Shown here: positions 1 through 13,800 of the stretch, piece by piece | Layout of the letters: each line of letters begins with the position of its first letter | Position numbering within the stretch: the stretch's first letter is position 1 | Source: Octopus sinensis | Taxonomy: Eukaryota | Length of the DNA: 64,000 bases | Direction: 5' to 3' | Assembly: GCF_006345805.1 (NCBI RefSeq) | Contig: NC_042999.1 | Coordinates: 71,734,001 to 71,798,000, forward strand | Notes under the pieces: model-generated | Databases searched by the model: none | The model's input: the letters and a program-made list of their open reading frames with translations, nothing else | Told to the model about the DNA's origin: nothing | Position numbers and translations under genes: made by a program

Positions 1-1575
1 CTTTACTTCAGATAATCTATCTAACCACGCATAGCTAATTACATTCGCCCCAGGCTGCAAGTTAATTAAACAGTTGTCAAGTACAAGTGTAAGAATACTT
101 TGAATAAGCATATCTTGAATGTAGTTACTATATGCGTCAATGAATGAGCCTCTCTGTGTCACTGTTAGAAATAGTGTCCAAATCTTCCTCAAATCACATT
201 CTACCGTCTTAAAAAGAGTTACATCAGATAATGTTATTCGGCGTACATTACATACAACAAAATACAATGTTAATTTTTGAAACGCCTTTTATCATAGGCT
301 TGCACGACTAGAACAGAACTAAAGCTAAACTGTAACACTTGTCCTTTATCCAATGATAATCTAATTATTAATTATTGTTAACAACATGCCTCATGTCTTT
401 AAGCAAGGTCATCTCTAAGCAATGGTTGAACATGTTTAAAATAGTAGTTAAATAACTCACATATCCTTCCATAGCACTTTCAGCTAACCAAGAAATCTCT
501 GCACAGTCCCCTGACTCTCTAAAAGTAGCTCTGAAATCTTCCTGAAATCACCATCTTAAAAGCATAGATAATAACATAGCGCTGTAGTAGAAACATTAAG
601 TGTAAAATAAAAGTATGGACTTAACGCTATATCCACTGCTAGAATACCAGTGAACACGTCTGTTCAACCATGTCCAACTAAAGGTAAAACAACACCAATG
701 AGTGCGACCAAACCATGGTGTCTATTATTTGTTTGTTGTTTAAGAATTCACAATTATGGTCCTGGAACACAGCACCATTATAATAAAGTCAAAGCAGACA
801 GTTTGTCGTACAGCTCATTTGCCAACACTGTATCCACTATGCCAACAAAAGCTCTCGTAACATATTGGAATAAATCTGAAATTTATGGAAATTAATCTGT
901 TTATTGATTCAATAAATTCTAGCTAACAGCCAACACTCTGCTGAATGTCTTTCCGCTTTAAAGTATTTCAAAAATAGTTATTACTGTCAAGTTGTTCATC
1001 TCGAAAAATTATATTCCTGTAATATATTGTGTAAATATTTGACAGTGAGCACTATAACAGAGTGATAATTGTCAACACGTAAACATAGAGAACAATATGA
1101 AGGAAGGATGGAGAGAAAGGGACAACGGAAAATATGGGGTTGATAGAAGGGACGGGGAAAAAATAACTGTCTAAAATATAACGATATAAAGAGGCTTATT
1201 TAAGAAAGAAGTGAAAGCAAAATGAGTTAGATGCATATACAGATGTATAGGTTTCTGACTTGAGTATATGTATGAGAGAGTGTGTACGTGTGTCTATACA
1301 TAAACGTATATATACACACACCAATAACTCACATATACACATCTATTTTCTTATCTTATTATAGACAGATGTATGTGCTACCCATATTCATATCTACACA
1401 TATTCAAATAAATCTATAGATAGATTCATTTATTACAGTCAGTCTCTAAATATAGACTATTATGTAGTTTAGCTTCTGTCTTTCATTCGTACTCTCTCCT
1501 TTTCTCTTTCTCTCTCGAAAAATCTAATATCTGTACGTGTGCGTGCACGCGCGTATGTGTGCGTATATATATATA

Positions 1576-1666
<91 letters not shown>

Positions 1667-3142
1667 AGATAGAGATAGAAAGATATATAAATAGATAGAA
1701 AGATAAATGAATAGATTGGTAGATTTATAGATCTATAGCTAGATATCGCAAACTAAATGTATCAAAAGAAGTGTATATTTTGATACTAATTAATTGGATT
1801 CAATATTTCTAACAATACGTATATATATATTTCTCTAGCTAAGGCATCATTCCCAGCACGCTCGCACATACACAAATATATGTACAAACACTCATACATA
1901 TATTCCTACACACTGTTATATGTGTGTATTTGTGTAGGTGGGTAGGTGTCTGTGTTTGTGTGGTGGCATTTGATTTAGCTTTCTGTTGGTCCATTAGGAA
2001 AATGTGGGTCGTTGGCAAAAATGTATCTTTTTGAATGGAGTATTACAGTAACACGTCAACAAAGGACCTTTGACTCTCTAAATGCAAATTGAAAAAAAAA
2101 TACTCCATAAATCTACAGCTGAGATTTTATTTCCTTTAATATGTGGTAATCAATAAATCGTATATTTTATGGAGGTGTGATAAAAAAAAATAGCTGTTTT
2201 AAGTTATTGAGAAGTATCGGTCTTTTAGAATATTCATTTCCGACATAAAATCTTAAAGAATTGATTTCTTATCACTAAACATATGTCCAATTGTTGCTAG
2301 AAACATTATTATTAGTCACTAGAATTGGACACAGGGGAAAATGAAGGCAAGAATATTTGTTTTTTGTAACTATTAAGTGAGTTAGGAAGAGTATTCTAAG
2401 GATGGTACCAAGATCGAAATGTGCGGCTTTGTGAGTTTGGATTGAATTCAGCTGACTGGATTTTGGGCGAGTGTCCTATACAATAGCCTCTGGTCGACCC
2501 ACTGTATGGCAGAAACTGCCCTGTTTAACATCACTACACCGGTATTTGAGGATTCTATGACAGACATTCAGCTTGTCAATAATTTCCTGCTTTCTTCCCA
2601 CAAATGTCTGAGGATGTGACAATGCTCATGGACGCGTTTTGACTTTCTCTCACGAAGTTATATAAAACCACTGCAATCACTCTCATCAGCTTAGAAAATT
2701 TATCTGATGTGTAAATCCATGCATGAAGATATCCAAAAAAGCTAAAAGAAACATGCTTTCATGCAAACTACAGTTTGCACCCTCACATTCAATTATAAAC
2801 TACTGTCATGCGTTGTTGTCTTATATTAAAACAAATAAAGTCTCACTTTAGTGAATTCTCTACCCCAAACTCTACCCTAATTGATCCAGACGCTGAAGAA
2901 GAGTTAACAATCTATCTACAAGTATTTCTCAGAATCTAAATTACATGTTCTGCATGCAAACACAAGTAATCTTGTGTTTATCGAACAATGACCTCTAATG
3001 CGTGAACAGTTCTCTATGTTTGACAGCTTATACACCCGTTAGTTAATGCGCACAAGAACCAAAATGTTTATATTTATATCTTCAAATATCTCCCTCTGCA
3101 AGTAAATGACATAGGTCAAAAACCTATTTGCAGCAATATATT

Positions 3143-3207
<65 letters not shown>

Positions 3208-3211
3208 TATG

Positions 3212-3291
<80 letters not shown>

Positions 3292-3821
3292 TATATATAT
3301 AAACATCTGTCTTCTCAAAACAAGTTTAATCCCTCTGTGACCACCATACCAATTTCCAGATAGCAATTGTAAATTGAAGTGCGAAGATATGAAATAATCT
3401 CTCCAGGCTAGACATCTAACTTAGTTCAATAGAAATTATCAATATGGAGTAGAGATAGACTGAATAAAGTATATATTACGACGACACGCCCGCTCTAGCT
3501 GCTACTCATTTCTCTTTTATCGTCTGTGTACAAGTGCTAAAGGATAGGCTTGCACTCCTCTTTAAATAAGAATCTTAGAATATTACGCAAAAGAAAAATT
3601 TTTAATAAACAAAAACAATCATCAAAACTAATGTATGAAATAAATCCAAGCAACTGATTCTCTGCGAATCATAAAAAAGATTTCTCCTTTGGTCAACAAC
3701 AATATTGAGGAAGTTACGAAGCCACTAAACGATCTGATAAAAACATAAGCCACACTTTCTTTATATAATAACCTACCGTTTTTCAGAAAAAGGAGAAGAA
3801 AATGCTTCATATTGTCCTAAT

Positions 3822-3985
3822 CCTTTCTACTATAGGCACAAGGCCTGAACTTTTGGTGGAGTGGGGTAATCGATTACATCGACTCCAGTGCGCAACTGCT
3901 ACTTATTTCATCGCCCTCGAAAGGATGATTGGCAAAGTCGACTTCGGCGGAATTTGAACACAGAAAATAGCAGCAGATGAAATAC
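3822..3985 (-). mobile_element. tRNA-derived SINE, 5'-truncated copy
   Basis: Shares core atcgattacatcgac(t/c)ccagtgcg(c/t)aactg...aaagtcgac(t/c)tcggcggaatttgaac with 3990-4217, 19800-19985 and 57090-57250. Confidence 0.8.
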
Positions 3986-3989
3986 CTAT

Positions 3990-4217
3990 TTCTTTACTAT
4001 ACACAAGGGGCTAAACACAGAGGGGACAAACAAGTACAGACAAACGGATTAAGTTGATTACATCGACCCCAGTGCGTAACTGGTATTTAATTTATCGACC
4101 CCGAAAGGATGAAAAGTAAAGTCCACCTCGGCGGAATTTGAACTCAGAACGCAGCGGCAGACGAAATACCGCTAACTTTTCCCGGCCTGCTTACGTTTCT
4201 CCCAGCTCCTCGCCTTT
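3990..4217 (-). mobile_element. tRNA-derived SINE, near full length
   Basis: Reverse complement begins aggcgaggagctgggagaaacgtaag, has a B-box-like gttcaaattcc, and matches 19800-19985. Confidence 0.85.
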
Positions 4218-4710
4218 CATATAGTCCAAATCACATAGTGTAATGAAAGACACAGATGAAATGGGCTCATTTCGAGAAACACGTTTTGGTCCAAAGTCAA
4301 CATCGTTAATGTTGCCTCGTGGTTAAACAGCAACAATAATCGTAAACAATATACAGCTAACATTAGATTTCAATTTAAATTCGACGTTTAAAACTCTCTG
4401 ACAATCTCTCAAGGCAGCAAAACACTCTCTGAATATCACAGAAAGAAAATTCTTTTAAAAATCAAAGCTAATGATGTACGAATTACATCATTAATTTTGA
4501 TAATTTTTTTAGTGAACCAGAGACTGTCTCACAAAAATAGAGCTGTCTGAACGGAGTTAAATTACGCTACTGTTCGGGACATCTATAAGATACAGGACGA
4601 TATCTCTTTAATCAAATATTACAAAATCTCCCTGAAATCATCATACCGCTTTAGTAGTAAATAAACCCAGTAGGTAATGTAATTATAGATACATTATAAA
4701 ATAAATAAAT

Positions 4711-4920
4711 GCGCCCTTTTAAAGCATAGCCAGGCTCATGGGCCTGGTTTCCCGGTTTCAATGGCGTATGTGCTATTCGCTGGACGGGACGCCAGTCCAT
4801 CGTAGCGTTACTCATCTTTGCCAGCTGAGTGGACTGGAGCAATGTGAAATGAAGTGTTTTGCTCAAGAACACAACGCGTCACCCGGGCCAGGAATCGAAA
4901 CCACAATCTTACGATCGTGA
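4711..4920 (-). mobile_element. tRNA-derived SINE (same head family as 34231 and 53838)
   Basis: Reverse complement contains tcacgatcgtaagattgtggtttcgattcc...ttgtgttcttgagcaaaacacttcatttcacattgctccagtccactcagctggcaaa. Confidence 0.85.
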
Positions 4921-5380
4921 TGGTAAGAACAGCCGCCACAACACTTCTGATACGTAAATAAACCTTACATTTCCTCTAAATGGAAGGTGTAAATGCAGGT
5001 CTCACAGCTGACAGATATTTACTATCTTTGATTTGGAAAATGTTTATAACATAATTTCTATTAATTTAACGTCACCAATTCCTAGAATGTAGACACGAGA
5101 AGGTCTTGGAGGATTCTTGATAAATTGAAGACTGTCACAAGTAATCATCTACCTGAAATGCTTTCAAGGAATTTCGTGAACTTAATCAACTTCTAATGAG
5201 GGGAATCTACTTAAAAATATCATTCAATAATTGCTAATTCAGTTGAACACGCATTGCAATACAAATACAACTACATACATACATACATACATACATACAT
5301 AGATACATACATACATACATACATACATATATGCACACAATTATACACGCGCATATATATCTACACACATACAAAAGCAA

Positions 5381-5435
<55 letters not shown>

Positions 5436-5489
5436 GTATGTATTATGTATGCATGTATGTACGTATGTATGTATGTATATGTATATGGG

Positions 5490-5765
5490 CAGACTCTCCG
5501 TCAGTTGCGACGACAACCATTCCAGTTGATACGATAAACCTGTTCGCGAAGCGTGCAAATGAGTGAGCACTCCGCAGACACACGTACTTTTAACGTTGTT
5601 CTCAAAGAGATTCAGCATGACACAGAGTGTGACAAGGCTGACTCATTCAATTAGAGATAAAACACGTTTCTTACCGGATGAATAGACTTGAGCAACGTGA
5701 AAAAATAAAATGGCATTCTCAAGGACACAGCGCGCCGCCGTGATCGAACTCAGTACCTAATGATT
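5490..5765 (-). mobile_element. Degenerate SINE of the 53838 family
   Basis: Matches the body of 53838-54160 (gacaaggctg, cacacgtac..ttaacgt.gttctc, ccagttgatacgat) in reverse orientation. Confidence 0.7.
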
Positions 5766-5774
5766 CATTCTGTT

Positions 5775-5900
5775 CCATGATGAATCTCGCTGGAAACTAC
5801 GTTAAGGGGGCATTTGTCTGTAGAGTGTTTAATCACTTTCACGTTAATTACACGATCGTATTAACTGGAACACTCGTTGTCGTAATCGACAGAGAGCCCC
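5775..5900 (+). mobile_element. SINE 3' half fragment (53838 family)
   Basis: aactacgttaaggggg..tgtctgtagagtg....cacgttaatt.cacga....aactggaacactcgttgtcgtaatcgac matches 54035-54150. Confidence 0.7.
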
Positions 5901-5904
5901 CATC

Positions 5905-5977
<73 letters not shown>

Positions 5978-6997
5978 GCAGAAAAGAGAGAGAAGAGGTG
6001 AAAGTCGAAGTCATAAACGATGCATAATTAAGTCATATTATATTTCTGTTTTATTATCCTCTATTCGTTTATATTTTGAAATACAAAATGACCTTTTAAA
6101 AGTTAAACATCTATAAATATAATTGTTACTATCCGAACCAGAAGATATTGAAAATATTTAAATTTAGTAAAGAAGAAGTGGAGATAAAGTCAAAGGCCAT
6201 GCATCGTATTTATTCACTGTTTTTGACTTAGTATGAAAAAATAGATTCCAGAAGGTAGATTCCTACGGCAGCTCATGTAGTTAATGAGTTCTGAGAAAAC
6301 ATTCAGGTGGCACAAACTGTGACATTTTATTCGCTGAGTAGACTGGAGCATCGGGAAGATATAAAATATCTTCACGGGATCAAAATCAGTATCTAACGAT
6401 TCATTTGTCTCAGGCTGAATCCAGCTGAAAACTACGTTAAGCGTGCGTTTGTCTGTAGGTACTCCTATACCTATTTTTTCTTATTATTTGACATGGATCG
6501 ACTGAATCCAAATATATTAGCAGACGATTCCGCTCAGTAAATTGAACCAGTCGAATTACTGCAACTAAAAGAGCGCAAATTTCTTTTGTCTAAAAAAATC
6601 TACTCTGACCATGCATTAATCTTCACCCGACTGGATAAACATATTTTCTACCTCCCCTTCTCTGCTATTGCGCGTTATACAGCCATTTTTGGGTTTTTTT
6701 CTGCCTACGCACTCATTTATACGGCAACTAGCTTGCATATACCATTCTCCGTCTACTGGATAAATCACTCCTCAAATAGCATATGTCTAGTTGATAAAAC
6801 AAATCAAGTCACCGTCAACGTTCTTTTCGTCTTACTCCAAAAGAAAACAGAATTATATAATACTATTTTATTCACTTAGTTTTACATGTCCATCCCTTGT
6901 AGAATTCAAGCCGTAATTACTGGCATAGGCGGTCCTACCCTATATTAAAATGAATTTGTTTGAAATTTTAAGTTGTTTCCATTATTTTTTCCAACCC

Positions 6998-7026
<29 letters not shown>

Positions 7027-7049
<23 letters not shown>

Positions 7050-7185
7050 AGAGTTTACGAAAAAACAAAAGACGAAGACAGGTGGTGTGCAAAACTAACA
7101 GATGTATTAGTATAACGCTCAGGAATAGAAAAAGTCTTTTACGTTTCGAGCCTACGCTCTTCTACAAAAAGGGACACAGAAAAAA
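7027..7185 (-). mobile_element. Short PLE terminal-repeat-derived element between (TA)n tracts, with a degenerate hammerhead motif
   Basis: Same family as 23184-23222, 23370-23408, 25378-25630 and 54880-55010. Reverse complement has ctttttgtagaaGAGCgtagGCTCGAAACGTAaaag. Confidence 0.65.
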
Positions 7186-7241
<56 letters not shown>

Positions 7242-7511
7242 TCATTAACGATTCCTCCTAATTCATCGTTTTCTCACCACTCTTTAGATTCCGCCCTTCT
7301 AATCTCTTCATCGATTCTTAAAATTTGAATTCTTAACACTGAATGTTTTAATGCAGGTACATGTATGCATTATACGCTTTCATTTTTGTATATTTGTACT
7401 TGAATTGATACTGTATATGAATATGCCTATGAGCCTATGATACGAAGTGATTTAATTTGTCAAAGGGATTTGACCTTTCAAACTTGTTCTCCATTTTTGC
7501 CTATATATCTA

Positions 7512-7548
<37 letters not shown>

Positions 7549-8785
7549 AGAAAGAAAGAGAGAGATATAAGATATTCTCCGTATAGCATACACTTCGTAG
7601 TGCTCAAGAGGCTTAAATTTCAGCAGGTATAGGAGTAGATGTAAGGATAAGCAAGACAACTTACTTATCCTCACAGTTACTCGTATGTGTGTGTGTGAAT
7701 ATTTTTATATATCTAAAGACGTCGATTTGTAGTGGGATCGAATCTGGAACCGCATGATCTCGAAACGTCGTCTAAACTTTATAATATTTTACACAATTCA
7801 CTTGGATACAGTTGTCTATATTTGAGCTTTAAATCTAAAGAAACCCAATGAAAAACTGCTACGTCGAATGCTCTAGGAATTCTATCGTCCACTACGTAAT
7901 TTTTTTAAAATTCTAATTTTAAAACTTATGAATTGAGGAAATAAATATTTTAGCTATAATCTCACGGTTTTTATTGTTGAACTTGTTTCTGATTTTTCTC
8001 TTCCCTTAACTATAATTAGAAACATATCTGACAAACTATTGTATACAGAAAACCAATTGTTAATTCACCAATAGCCTTGCAGGACAAAATACGAAATGAA
8101 AAAGCTTCTTTGTTTGGTAGACAGTATAATGTGTGTGTGTATGTGTGAGTGTGAATGTGTGTGACTGTGTGTGCTTATACGAGGTGGGGGCGCGCGCGTG
8201 TGTATTTATTAGAAATGATAAGATAAACTGTTTGTTGGTGTCGATTTTTAAATTTTATTTTGCTTTCTTTCAAATTTCCGTTGTGTTGTGCCAAAAGTAT
8301 ATATATACTTTAACACGCACACACACAAACATGCACACAGACATATGCATACACATACATATACATACAGAGAATAAGGAGGGCGGGTTGGTGGAACATG
8401 ACTATTGTGGCATAACTTTACGCCACCTGAATTTCACATTATTTTTGAAAATCATACCATTCCACAACCGGTTAGGTTAATGTAAATAAATTTTCTTCAC
8501 CTTCAAATGGCTTCATAACTTCTCTATGCACACACAGGCGTACATACACAAGCGTACATACACAAGCGTACACACACATGTATACTCGCACGCACACATT
8601 AACATACATTTAATTACATACATTTGTGTGTGTGCGTGCGCGTGCCTGCTTGTGTGTGCAAAACACACACACACACACCTATACACGCACACAAATATAT
8701 CTATGCATATGCATAGATATAGATATAGATTTTTTTACTTGTTTCAATCATTAGTCTGCAGTCATACTGAGGCACTATATATATA

Positions 8786-8953
8786 GGCTCAAGAATGGCA
8801 TTGTGGTAAGAAGCTTGCTTCCCAACCACATGATTCAGGGTCCAGCCCCACTGCGTGACACCTTGGCAGAGTGTCTTGTACTGTACCCTCGGCCGACCAA
8901 GTCTTGGGTTGATTTGATAGACAGAAACTGAAAGAAACCCGTCGCATATATAT

Positions 8954-8990
<37 letters not shown>

Positions 8991-9273
8991 TCGTCGCCCT
9001 TTTCTAGCCTAGCCAGGCCCATGGGCCCGGTTTCCCGTTTTCTGTGGTAGAGTTACTCAAGAAACAGGAAGAGAGAGAGTGAGAGAAAGTTGTGGCGCCG
9101 AAAGAGTACTACAGCGCCCCCCCCCCTTGCGGGAGCCTCGTAGAGCTTTTAGGTGTTTTCGCTCAATAAACACACACAATGCCCGGTCTGGGGATCGAAA
9201 CCGCGATCCTCCGACAGCGAGTCCGTTGCCCTAACCGCGTCCACATATATATGTATATGAACATTATATATAT

Positions 9274-9350
<77 letters not shown>

Positions 9351-9525
9351 TGCATGCATGTATGTATGTATATGCGTGTGTGTGTTTGCTCCCACCAGCG
9401 CCTGACAACCGGTACTCGTGTATTTATGCCCTTGTAATTAGTGGTTCGGGAAACGAAACCGATTGAATAACTACTACGCTTAAAAAACAAATCAAAAGTA
9501 ATGGGGTCGATTCAATGGGCTTCGA
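8786..9525 (+). mobile_element. Composite SINE (tRNA head, internal TA/TG microsatellite, 3' body) interrupted by a nested SINE
   Basis: Head 8786-8945 and tail 9372-9525 match the intact copies at 36129-36530 and 45548-46010. Confidence 0.75.
8991..9244 (-). mobile_element. tRNA-derived SINE nested inside another SINE
   Basis: Reverse complement begins gtggacgcggttagggcaacggactcgctgtcggaggatcgcggtttcgatccccagaccggg (A/B-box like); its 3' tail resembles that of 4711-4920. Confidence 0.8.
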
Positions 9526-10198
9526 TGCAACGGCTTTTCAGTGTAACCACGTTGCTTTGTTGTAATATCAATATCAATTGAATTCAACAAATAAATATTT
9601 TGAAGTAGTCCTCCGTTGTTTGGCATGTCAACTAATCTTTTATTGAGGTATATTCATGAACGAAGATCATTCTGGATATTCTGTTTACGCCCACAAACAA
9701 TATAACTAATACGACGAAGATATAAAATTGCGTCGGTTGGAGATACTTTTATGGTCGACTAACAATCATTTGATTCTATTCTAACATCAAGTCAGGAAAT
9801 AAGAATAACAGGAAGACGTCAAGAAAATAAGAAATAAGAAAAATGTCATGATAATTAGTCTATACCATCAACAGCCGAACTTTTAACTTTAAAAAAATTC
9901 CGCCAAAATTGGACAGCAAAGCAAAGTTTTTATTACATTTTTATGTTATAAAAACTCGTTATTTAACATTAGTTGGTTTTTTATGTGTTCATATATATAC
10001 TTCTGATTACAAAGTCTCTCTCTCTCTCCCTCACATTCACACACACGTATATACATATATACATATATGTACAGAGACACCTAAACACACAGACACGCAA
10101 ACACGTGCGAACACACGCACACAAATATGTACACACAAACATATTGACACGTACACACGAGTACAAACACATACATTCGTGAAGGTGTGTGTGCGTGT

Positions 10199-10250
<52 letters not shown>

Positions 10251-11149
10251 CTTGGATCCCAACGTGCTTGGACCCACCTGCGAAATAGATTTATTGTGCT
10301 TATCGGATTTAAAAGACTTCAGGAATATTGAGTGTCAGCATTTAAAATTGACGGCTGCTCCGGTCTCTTTCAAATTTTAACGTCTGTACTCAGCTCACCT
10401 GAGCTCTTTAAAATCCGGTAAACAGAATAAATCTACCTTACTACCGCAACCACACGCATAACCTTCAGAAAACTTATACCAAAAGTTATAAATGCAATAA
10501 TAGAAATCCCTCTACATAATTGTCTTACGAATTATTCTCATTTGCACCAAATAGACATATTGTATACGATTGTTCAATATATTTATTTGAATTGATTTAT
10601 TTTTGCTCGTTATACGTCACTTAATTACTCATCAAGTGACTACCTAAAATATTACAACTAAATTAATATGATTACTTCATTCATTTAATTATTAATTATT
10701 CAATTAATCTCTTACACAACATTTTATTAATCTAGCGACAACTTAATATATTCTTCACCTTTCACCGAAATTACAATTAAAGTACTACCTATTTATAGTT
10801 ACACTCATTCAATTCACCCAGAACCCCATTTAAGCTTATTGTTTTTGACTTCGACTTGACTTAATAGCTACCCTATAGCCTCCCCTCCTGATGCTTAGTG
10901 TAAACCCTTCATTCATACATAATATACATACGATATTATGTGAGCATAAGGAGAGTCGTATGTAATGAGCTGGTAATGAAATAGGGAAGAGAGAAGAATT
11001 AACTCATAAGATTCTGCAGAAAATCTCGATTTATGTATATGTCTGAGGCTGGTGATAGACACACATACACATAGACACACACGCGTGCACGTGCGCACAC
11101 ACATATATAATAAAATTCTTCGAAGCGAAAACCCCTTACGAGTGATGTG

Positions 11150-11505
11150 AAGTTATATCTCTTTGACCGGTTTCCGAAAACGATCAGTTTCTGTACGATT
11201 TTCCTTCATTAGTCAACTCATGAGGAATTCCATGTCTCAGCACAAACTTTCTCTCATGTAGGAACTGACTAAACGCCTAAATTTTGGAATTTAAAAAAGC
11301 CCCGGGGTCAAAGGTATTCGTTATGTTCCTTACCATTATGCCAAACAAAGCTTGCATCATCTGCTCACGTTGAGATATGTTCCAGACTCTTTTAGCAGCC
11401 TCACTTTAATTGTGTATGGCGTTCTCTCTACTTTTGAAACGCCATATTCAGTCGGCCAAAGACGTAAGGTTGCACCTCTTTGGGACCTTAACAGAGGTCC
11501 TGTAG
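11150..11505 (-). mobile_element. Gypsy-type LTR retrotransposon integrase core relic
   Basis: Frameshifted motifs GPLLRSQRGATLRLWPTEYGVSKVE (cf. GPLPRSxRGNxYILxxxDYFTKWxE) and FVLRHGIPHELTNEGKSY (cf. RxGxPxELxSDxGxxF). Confidence 0.6.
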
Positions 11506-13230
11506 TTATGTATGCATATTTAAGTATGTATGCATATATATTTATGTATGTATGTATGTATGTATGTATGTATGTATGTATGTATGTATGTATGTATGTA
11601 TGTATGTATGTCTGCATGTCTGTGAGCGTACGTATATACATATGTTTATATATATATGTGTACATAATATACATATGTACACAAACTGAGAGAGAAAAAA
11701 GGGAACAGATACACAAATAAAATAAATGTTTTCCGTAGAATATACCTGGCACCCAAATATAAAGCTGTGACATAGATATATCAATATGTAAATAGACTGA
11801 TAGGCATATTCATATCCAGGCCTATATATAGAAACACACATAAATCCATCCATACATACGTGAATACTTCAATATCTACACATATGCGTGCATGCAGGCA
11901 ATTATACACATCTATCCAACCAACTAGTCATCGACTCGTCTATTCATTCGTCCATCCGTTTATCCACCCATCCATCCATCCATCCATCCCTAATTTCATC
12001 CATATTTACATACATATATACACAGTCAAATTTGGATCTAAGCTGCTAGTCATTCATCGAGCTCGGTAAACAGATTACCTTGTTCAAGAATGAGAGATGT
12101 AAGATGTATGCATATATTAATCTATATAGATATGCGTGTTTGCATTTACCTGTATGTGCTTGTTGCTTGTAAATATGTATGTCTAGATAAAATTACGGAC
12201 TTTTACGTGGACTAATCTATTACGAGACAAGATAACATGTTCAACCATAGAAACAGAAACACATACGTAAACTATACAAAATCTGATATTAAGATTTCTG
12301 GAGTTATACATAAACAGCGAGAGAGCAAGACAGCTAAAGCTAAAAGGTAGGTGGTTTGGTTGATAAACAAGTATTTAGAAGATAATTCTTGAGTAAATTG
12401 TATTAAAAGGATGGCTATTATTTAAGTATGAGTAGCTTAGTGTTGTAAGCAAAGCCAGCCACTAACAGGCAAATACGGAAGCGGATATATCCTAGGATTG
12501 AATTACTTGTATATATAAACAGTGTCTGGTTTCTTGAAACTTCCTCCTTCAAAAATGGTATGGGTGCGCATTGCCCCCACACACTCGCAAGCACACACAT
12601 ACACACACAAATAGGTATAATTGTTTACAGGCGTGTATTTATACGCATGTATCAATCTTTCAGTAAGTTCCTTTTATACCCTGGTCTTGAAACGATTCAA
12701 CTTTTGCTGAATAAAGCTGGGTGTTATTGGGAAACTTAGTAGATGCCTTCCGTTACATTTAATTTAAACCACCTACCTTTTTGCTTTAGCTGTCTTGCTC
12801 TCTCGCTGTTTATGTATAATTCCAGAAATCTTAATATCAGATTTTGTATAGTTTACGTATGTGTTTCTGTTTCTATGGTTAAACATGTTATCTTGTCTCG
12901 TATATATATATATATATATATTACTCAGCTGGTAAGCTTGCGAGGGGCCGGTGTCCCTTTCAGGGAGGAACATACATGCTAAATAAACCGGGTAACACTA
13001 CTGTGCTTCGTAAAGATTAATGTGAAGTCACCACATATATACGCTACAAACACATACACACGTACACATACCCACTCCATATACACATAAATATATATAT
13101 GCCATAATTACTAAGAAGCATTGTATAAAATATATTGTATAAAGGATTGTGGGTAAGGCCAAAACAATGCGAAGTAAATGCAAGTTGAATCACGAGAAAG
13201 CAAATATGTGAATTAATGTAGACTTACCTT

Positions 13231-13800
13231 GTATTCAATATTTCGGGGTTATGACCTCATTTTCAAGAAATAGACCAGTGTTGCCGACGTGTGTGTGTGT
13301 GTGTGTGTGTGAACGTGTGTGGAGTGGACATGCGGAGAAAGGTGCCGCTATTGCAATTAGGTAGCTTCCTGTAACTCTCTTCTGTTGTTGATCTTGGATT
13401 TATCTTGGTTATGAATGTGGCCTCAGAGATTCTACGGTTGCCCCTGTTCCTCTGTGTAGCCTTGATGTGCACTGTGAATTCCAGGGTCTGAAATTTTCGT
13501 AGGTGTTTCTTCACGGAATTGTCTGCCTGCATGTGTTCCTTAAGGCGTATGTGCAGTTTTCTTGTCGTGCTTCCTATGTAAGATGCGCCACATTTGCCAC
13601 AGATAATCTCATATACAACACAGGTCCTCTGGCACAGTTCAGTGTCATTGGTGGCGCAGTTCAAGAATGTATACTCCCCGGAGTAGTGAAAGGTGTTGTT
13701 CTTGGACAGAGCTTTTCTCGGGGAAGGGCTGGTGTGCACTATCTGTATGTCGACTCCTTCCTATGCGGACTGCGTGTTGTATCGCTGCAGTAGTTCTGAC
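13231..13800 (-). mobile_element. Penelope-like element 3' fragment: GIY-YIG endonuclease
   Basis: ORF 13263-13739 contains CVVYEIICGKCGASYIGSTTRKLHIRLKEH...ISEATFITKINP. A degenerate hammerhead motif lies at 13231-13272. Confidence 0.9.

Noticed and set aside
4247-4292. cagatga-aatg ggct catt-tcgagaaac as a hammerhead
   Set aside because: The core is mutated, extra bases precede GAAAC, stem I is unconvincing and there is no PLE context.
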